NCBI GenBank assembly: GCA_964388495.1
Contig: CAYMAT010000007.1
Span: 1-37,059, forward strand
DNA from: an uncultured Candidatus Peribacteria bacterium
Lineage (GTDB): Bacteria; Patescibacteriota; Gracilibacteria; Peribacterales; Peribacteraceae
DNA: 37,059 nucleotides
Reading direction: 5' to 3'
Below are positions 33,380-37,059 of this stretch, piece by piece; positions within the stretch are counted from its first letter, which is position 1, and each line of letters opens with the position of its first letter. The notes under the pieces were generated by a model. That model had not been told where the DNA came from. It did not search any database and was given only the letters and a program-made list of their open reading frames with translations. Made by a program: the position numbers and the translations under genes.

Positions 33380-34693
33380 ATGAAAATTGCCATTGTGGGC
33401 ACCGGGTATGTGGGACTCGTCTCTGCCGCTTGCTTTGCGGAACTGGGACACCACGTGATTGGCGTGGATATTGATGAAGCCAAGGTCAAAAAGCTTCAGA
33501 GCGGCAAGAGCACCATTTATGAGCCGGGACTGGAGGAACTGATCCAGAAAGGCCTCCGGAGCAACCTCCTCTCCTTCACTACGGACCTGAAGGAGGCATT
33601 GCCCCAGGTGCAGATCGTCTTTTCCGCAGTAGCCACCCCCCCGGGCGAGGGGTACCAGGCCGATCTGCGCGCCGTGTTTGCCGTGGCGGAGACGGTGGCG
33701 AAGTTTGCGGAAAAGGACGTCGTATTCGTGAACAAATCGACGGTGCCCGTGGGGACGGGGAAGATCTGCGAGGAGCGGATGCAGAAGGTGCTTACCGAGC
33801 GGAAGTCCAACGTGAAGATCTCGGTCATCAGCAATCCCGAATTCCTGCGGGAGGGTATGGCCGTGCCGGACACGCTGATGCCGGACCGCATCGTGGTGGG
33901 TATCAACGGTGACGCCGATGCGCAGAAAAAAATGGAAGACCTCTACCGCCCCATCACGCGCGTGGGGAAGCCCATCGTCTTCATGAGCCGCGAGAGCGCG
34001 GAGATCGTGAAATACGCAAGCAACGCCTTCCTGGCCACCAAGATCAGCTTCATCAACATGCTGAGTGAGCTGTGTGAGGTGGGCGGAGCCAACGTCCGTG
34101 ACGTGGCCAAGGGCATGGGTTTGGATAACCGCATCGGTCCGCGGTTTTTACACGCGGGCATCGGCTACGGCGGCAGCTGCTTCCCCAAGGACGTAAAGGC
34201 GCTCCTGGCCACCGCCAGGCAGTACGGACTCGATTTTTCCATCGTGGAAGCAACGGACCGCATCAACAGCCGCCAGCGGAAGCGCTTCTTTGATTTGATC
34301 CTCAAAAAACTTCCTCAAAAAGCGACCGTGGGCATCTGGGGACTGAGCTTCAAACCCAAGACCGATGACATGCGCGAGGCTCCCAGTCTTGATCTGCTCC
34401 CCATGCTTGTTGCCGCCGGGCACACCGTCCGCGTGTTTGATCCTGAGGCGATGGAGGTCAGTAAGAAACTGGTCCCGGCAGACGTCGTCTTCTGCTCGTC
34501 CGCCGCGGACGCCGTTAAGGACGCTGATGCGCTGGTACTTCTGACGGAATGGGATATTTTCCGCGGAGCGGACCTGGCAGAAATAAAATCTACGATGAAA
34601 GGTATCGAACTTTTTGACGGCAGAAATATTTATGAGCCTGAAGAGGTGAAGGCTGCCGGTTTCAATTATTACGGCATCGGTATAGGGAAATAA
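33380..34693 (+). CDS. ugd: UDP-glucose 6-dehydrogenase
   Basis: MKIAIVGTGYVGLVSAACFAELGHHVIGVDID..K...L..G...IYEPGLEEL, ...GIGYGGSCFPKDV (catalytic Cys), ...GLSFKPKTDDMREAP. The track's TTG 33284 start would add 32 non-homologous residues. Confidence 0.9.
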   Translation: MKIAIVGTGYVGLVSAACFAELGHHVIGVDIDEAKVKKLQSGKSTIYEPGLEELIQKGLRSNLLSFTTDLKEALPQVQIVFSAVATPPGEGYQADLRAVFAVAETVAKFAEKDVVFVNKSTVPVGTGKICEERMQKVLTERKSNVKISVISNPEFLREGMAVPDTLMPDRIVVGINGDADAQKKMEDLYRPITRVGKPIVFMSRESAEIVKYASNAFLATKISFINMLSELCEVGGANVRDVAKGMGLDNRIGPRFLHAGIGYGGSCFPKDVKALLATARQYGLDFSIVEATDRINSRQRKRFFDLILKKLPQKATVGIWGLSFKPKTDDMREAPSLDLLPMLVAAGHTVRVFDPEAMEVSKKLVPADVVFCSSAADAVKDADALVLLTEWDIFRGADLAEIKSTMKGIELFDGRNIYEPEEVKAAGFNYYGIGIGK

Positions 34694-34740
34694 GTTCCCC
34701 AGCTTCTTGCTGGCCGCTCATCGCTAACTGCTTATCGCTT

Positions 34741-35688
34741 ATGAAGAAAATCCTCGTCACCGGCTCCATGGCCTACGATGTCCTCCTTGGCTATGACGGG
34801 TCCTTTAAAGACGCCATCGGGAACGATACGGAGAAGCTCTCGGTCTCTTTCTTCAGCCCGCGCTACGCCCGGCACCACGGCGGGACGGGATCCAATATCT
34901 CGTGGAACTTGGCTTCCCTGGGCGGAAAACCCGTCCTGGTCACGGACATCGGATACGACGGAGGGGAATACCGGGATTTCCTCAAAGAGCGCGGCGCTGA
35001 TGTGCATCATGTGCGGCAGCATCAGGATCATGTGACGGCCACAGCGGTGATTGGCACGGACAACGCGGAGCGCCAGATCGCCTTTTTCCACCCCGGTGCG
35101 GACGCGCACGGCACGTGGCCGGACTTGAACGAGGACCGGGATGATTTTGCGTACGCCATAGTCTCGCCGCGGAATCCCCTGTTGGTGATGGAAGCGGTGC
35201 GCTGGTGCGGCACGTGGAAGGTTCCGCTGCTGTTTGATCCCGGCCAGATCATCATCGCCCTCTCCAAAGACGAATTGATCACCGGCATCAAGACCGCCAG
35301 GGGCGTCATCTGCAACAACTATGAGTGGGATCTTTTGAGCCAGAAGACGGGCATGAACGAGAAGGACGTGGTGAAGCACGCGGAGTACCTGATCATCACG
35401 CGCGGGGAGGCGGGAGTGACTATCATGGACCGCGGGGGCAAAAAGGATCTGCCTGCCTGCAAACCGGACCAAGTGGTGAATCCCACCGGCGCGGGTGATG
35501 CCCTGCGCGCGGGGCTCTTGTTCGGCCTCAGTAAAAGATGGGATCTCCACACCAGCGTACAATTGGGTGCCGCCGTCGCCTCCCTGGTTGTTGAGCAGGA
35601 GGGCACCCTTATCGCTGATATGGATATAGAGGAGATCGACGGACGTGTATATACAACGTACGGACAAAAGATGCCGCCTCTACGCTGA
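34741..35688 (+). CDS. PfkB-family carbohydrate/nucleoside kinase
   Basis: MKKILVTGSMAYDVLL..., HGGTGSNISWNLASLGG, NPTGAGDALRAG (PfkB signature 2). Confidence 0.85.
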   Translation: MKKILVTGSMAYDVLLGYDGSFKDAIGNDTEKLSVSFFSPRYARHHGGTGSNISWNLASLGGKPVLVTDIGYDGGEYRDFLKERGADVHHVRQHQDHVTATAVIGTDNAERQIAFFHPGADAHGTWPDLNEDRDDFAYAIVSPRNPLLVMEAVRWCGTWKVPLLFDPGQIIIALSKDELITGIKTARGVICNNYEWDLLSQKTGMNEKDVVKHAEYLIITRGEAGVTIMDRGGKKDLPACKPDQVVNPTGAGDALRAGLLFGLSKRWDLHTSVQLGAAVASLVVEQEGTLIADMDIEEIDGRVYTTYGQKMPPLR

Positions 35689-36387
35689 AATTGAAGACAA
35701 AGTGCGACCTTTTGCATTGGCGTCTTGATGTTCATCCTTTACGGATGTGGGAACCGACGTAATGAACCACCAATAGAAGCGCCTGCGTATGTCCTGATTG
35801 CAGGTGAGAAGAACTTCTCGGGCAATGGAGGAAAAATCCTCACGATCCAGAAGAGTGCGAAGATGCAATCTCTCAAAATGAACTTCGTCAAAAACTTGAA
35901 GGTCGTGCAAATACGTTTTTAGGGTGTCACGGAATCTTTCCTGGATATATAAAAGTTCACTGGCCATCTCCACCGCCTCAGGGAACGCCCCTATCGCCAG
36001 AAAATCGGAATGTCGCTGGATCTCGGCGAGACTGCCGGGGGAAAGCAGGCGAAGAGCCAGTGCTTCGGTAGCACTTTCATATGCCGTATACCGTTTGTCT
36101 GTATCCATATCCATGAACACAAGCGCCCCATTCCATGCACCACAGACCCATTCCGGACTTCCTTTTTGTCCATGCACCAGGCAGGAAGACTTTCCATCTT
36201 TTCCAATGACCTCCTGCGGACATTTCTCTCCAGCCCGCTTGGGCACCAACGCGGACATGGGATCGCCAGGCACTCCCGGGACGCCGTTTTGAATGTTCAT
36301 CGCGCTGCAGCACACACCGCACTGGTTGCATCCGCCTTTTTTACAAGCATCGATCTCTTCGCCGGAAAGGACGGGTAGTGACCTCAT
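35680..36387 (-). CDS. YkgJ-like CxxCxxCC cysteine-cluster (zinc/iron-chelating) domain protein with a unique C-terminal half
   Basis: The N-terminus CKKGGCNQCGVCC ...KCPQEV..DGKSSCLVHG fits the UPF0153/YkgJ pattern. The C-terminal ~130 aa has no recognisable motif. It overlaps the PfkB 3' end by 9 nt (convergent). Confidence 0.6.
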   Translation of the reverse strand: MRSLPVLSGEEIDACKKGGCNQCGVCCSAMNIQNGVPGVPGDPMSALVPKRAGEKCPQEVIGKDGKSSCLVHGQKGSPEWVCGAWNGALVFMDMDTDKRYTAYESATEALALRLLSPGSLAEIQRHSDFLAIGAFPEAVEMASELLYIQERFRDTLKTYLHDLQVFDEVHFERLHLRTLLDREDFSSIAREVLLTCNQDIRRRFYWWFITSVPTSVKDEHQDANAKGRTLSSISA

Positions 36388-36480
36388 ATAAAGGGCAGCA
36401 TTTTAAGGGCGCTCGCCGGTAAATTTCCATCAACTTCGCCGTATTTCATTTTTCCGCTTCATCCTCTATTGTTTGCGCCT

Positions 36481-37059
36481 ATGTCACACGTCAAAGACCC
36501 CTCACTCGCCCCCCAGGGCAAACTGAATATTGAGATCGCCGAACGCCGTATGGGCGCTCTTATGACCGTGCGCGAGCGGTTTGCCAAGGAGCAGCCGTTT
36601 AAAGGCCTTACCATCGGTATGGCGCTGCACGTCACCAAAGAGACCGCCGTGCTGGTGAAGACGCTGGTTGCCGGAGGTGCCAAGGTGGCCATCACGGGCT
36701 GCAACCCCTTAAGCACGCAGGACGACGTGGCCGCGGCACTCGCCGAGGAAAAGGACGTGCTAGTGTGGGGATATAAAGGAGAAGGCAAAGAGGATTACTA
36801 CAAATTCATGAACGCGGTGCTGGATACAAAGCCGCACATCACCATCGATGACGGCTGCGACCTGGTGACGGAGATCCACACCAAGCGTCCGGATCTTTTG
36901 GCGGGAATCATCGGCGGCTGCGAGGAGACCACCACCGGCATCATCCGCCTCAAGGCCATGGAGCGCGACGGCGCCCTTAAGATTCCCATGGTGGCGGTGA
37001 ACGACAACAAGACCAAGCACCTCATGGATAACTACTACGGCACGGGCCAGTCGACCTTT
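36481..37059 (+). CDS. ahcY: S-adenosyl-L-homocysteine hydrolase (partial; runs off the 3' edge of the window)
   Basis: This ORF is not in the supplied track because it is open-ended. My own translation gives MSHVKDPSLAPQGKLNIEIAERRMGALM...FKGLTIGMALHVTKETAVLVKTL.AGGA.V.ITGCNPLSTQDDVAAAL...DDGCDL...GGCEETTTGIIRLKAM...L.IP.VAVNDNKTKHLMDNYYGTGQS. Confidence 0.9.
   Translation, partial: MSHVKDPSLAPQGKLNIEIAERRMGALMTVRERFAKEQPFKGLTIGMALHVTKETAVLVKTLVAGGAKVAITGCNPLSTQDDVAAALAEEKDVLVWGYKGEGKEDYYKFMNAVLDTKPHITIDDGCDLVTEIHTKRPDLLAGIIGGCEETTTGIIRLKAMERDGALKIPMVAVNDNKTKHLMDNYYGTGQSTF

Noticed and set aside
36388-36480. A possible SAH riboswitch upstream of ahcY
   Set aside because: The 93-nt region is too short once the promoter elements are accounted for. 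A -10-like TATTGT lies only 8 nt from the ATG. I could not find the conserved GC-rich pseudoknot core expected for the SAH element.
1-37059. CRISPR arrays, tRNA/rRNA genes, transposases or integrases, and an alternative genetic code (UGA recoding)
   Set aside because: - There are no regularly spaced repeats of 25-40 bp.
- The longest non-coding stretch is 201 bp (33179-33379, upstream of ugd). The other intergenic gaps are at most about 160 bp. I could fold none of them into a cloverleaf.
- No DDE, tyrosine or serine recombinase motifs were seen.
- TGA terminates several well-recognised genes at the expected length (trmD, flavodoxin, both MBOAT genes), so UGA is a stop codon here.

Overview
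This is a 37 kb, fairly GC-rich bacterial chromosomal segment that uses the standard code: recognisable genes end in TGA, TAA or TAG. I support about 35 protein-coding genes. I found no rRNA, tRNA, CRISPR array, transposase or integrase.

Two themes are interleaved:
- **Fermentative and housekeeping genes:** gpmA, trmD, a DUF167 gene, a flavodoxin plus 2-oxoacid:ferredoxin oxidoreductase alpha/beta operon, ADP-forming acetyl-CoA synthetase, a PfkB kinase, and a partial ahcY at the 3' edge.
- **A dispersed set of cell-envelope glycopolymer genes:**
  - an O-antigen-ligase-like protein, UDP-GlcNAc 2-epimerase and TagA/WecG;
  - two paralogous pairs of an MBOAT acyltransferase plus a membrane-anchored SGNH-like partner, and an AlgG-like beta-helix protein;
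  - two GT2-GtrA fusions, a GT-C glycosyltransferase and an FAD oxidoreductase;
  - three SDR epimerases, Ugd and a MarR regulator.

Between these sit several visibly more AT-rich orphan genes, each with its own promoter: 62-1312, 5213-7510 (plus two small ORFs), 21475-23067 and 35680-36387.

The observations I consider most worth following are:
1. A 530-aa orphan whose C-terminus looks like a HicA mRNA-interferase domain, with no HicB partner nearby.
2. A 765-aa orphan with a transglutaminase-like Cys-His-Asp core.
3. An AlgI/AlgJ/AlgG-like polysaccharide-modification triad, with a second AlgI/AlgJ-like pair elsewhere in the window.
4. A duplicated start of ugd that leaves a 13-codon remnant behind the native promoter.
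5. A strikingly consistent leaderless architecture, with a -10 box 6-10 nt upstream of the start codon and no Shine-Dalgarno sequence.

All functional calls come from motif recognition by eye, not from database searches. Taxon is not determinable from this window alone.
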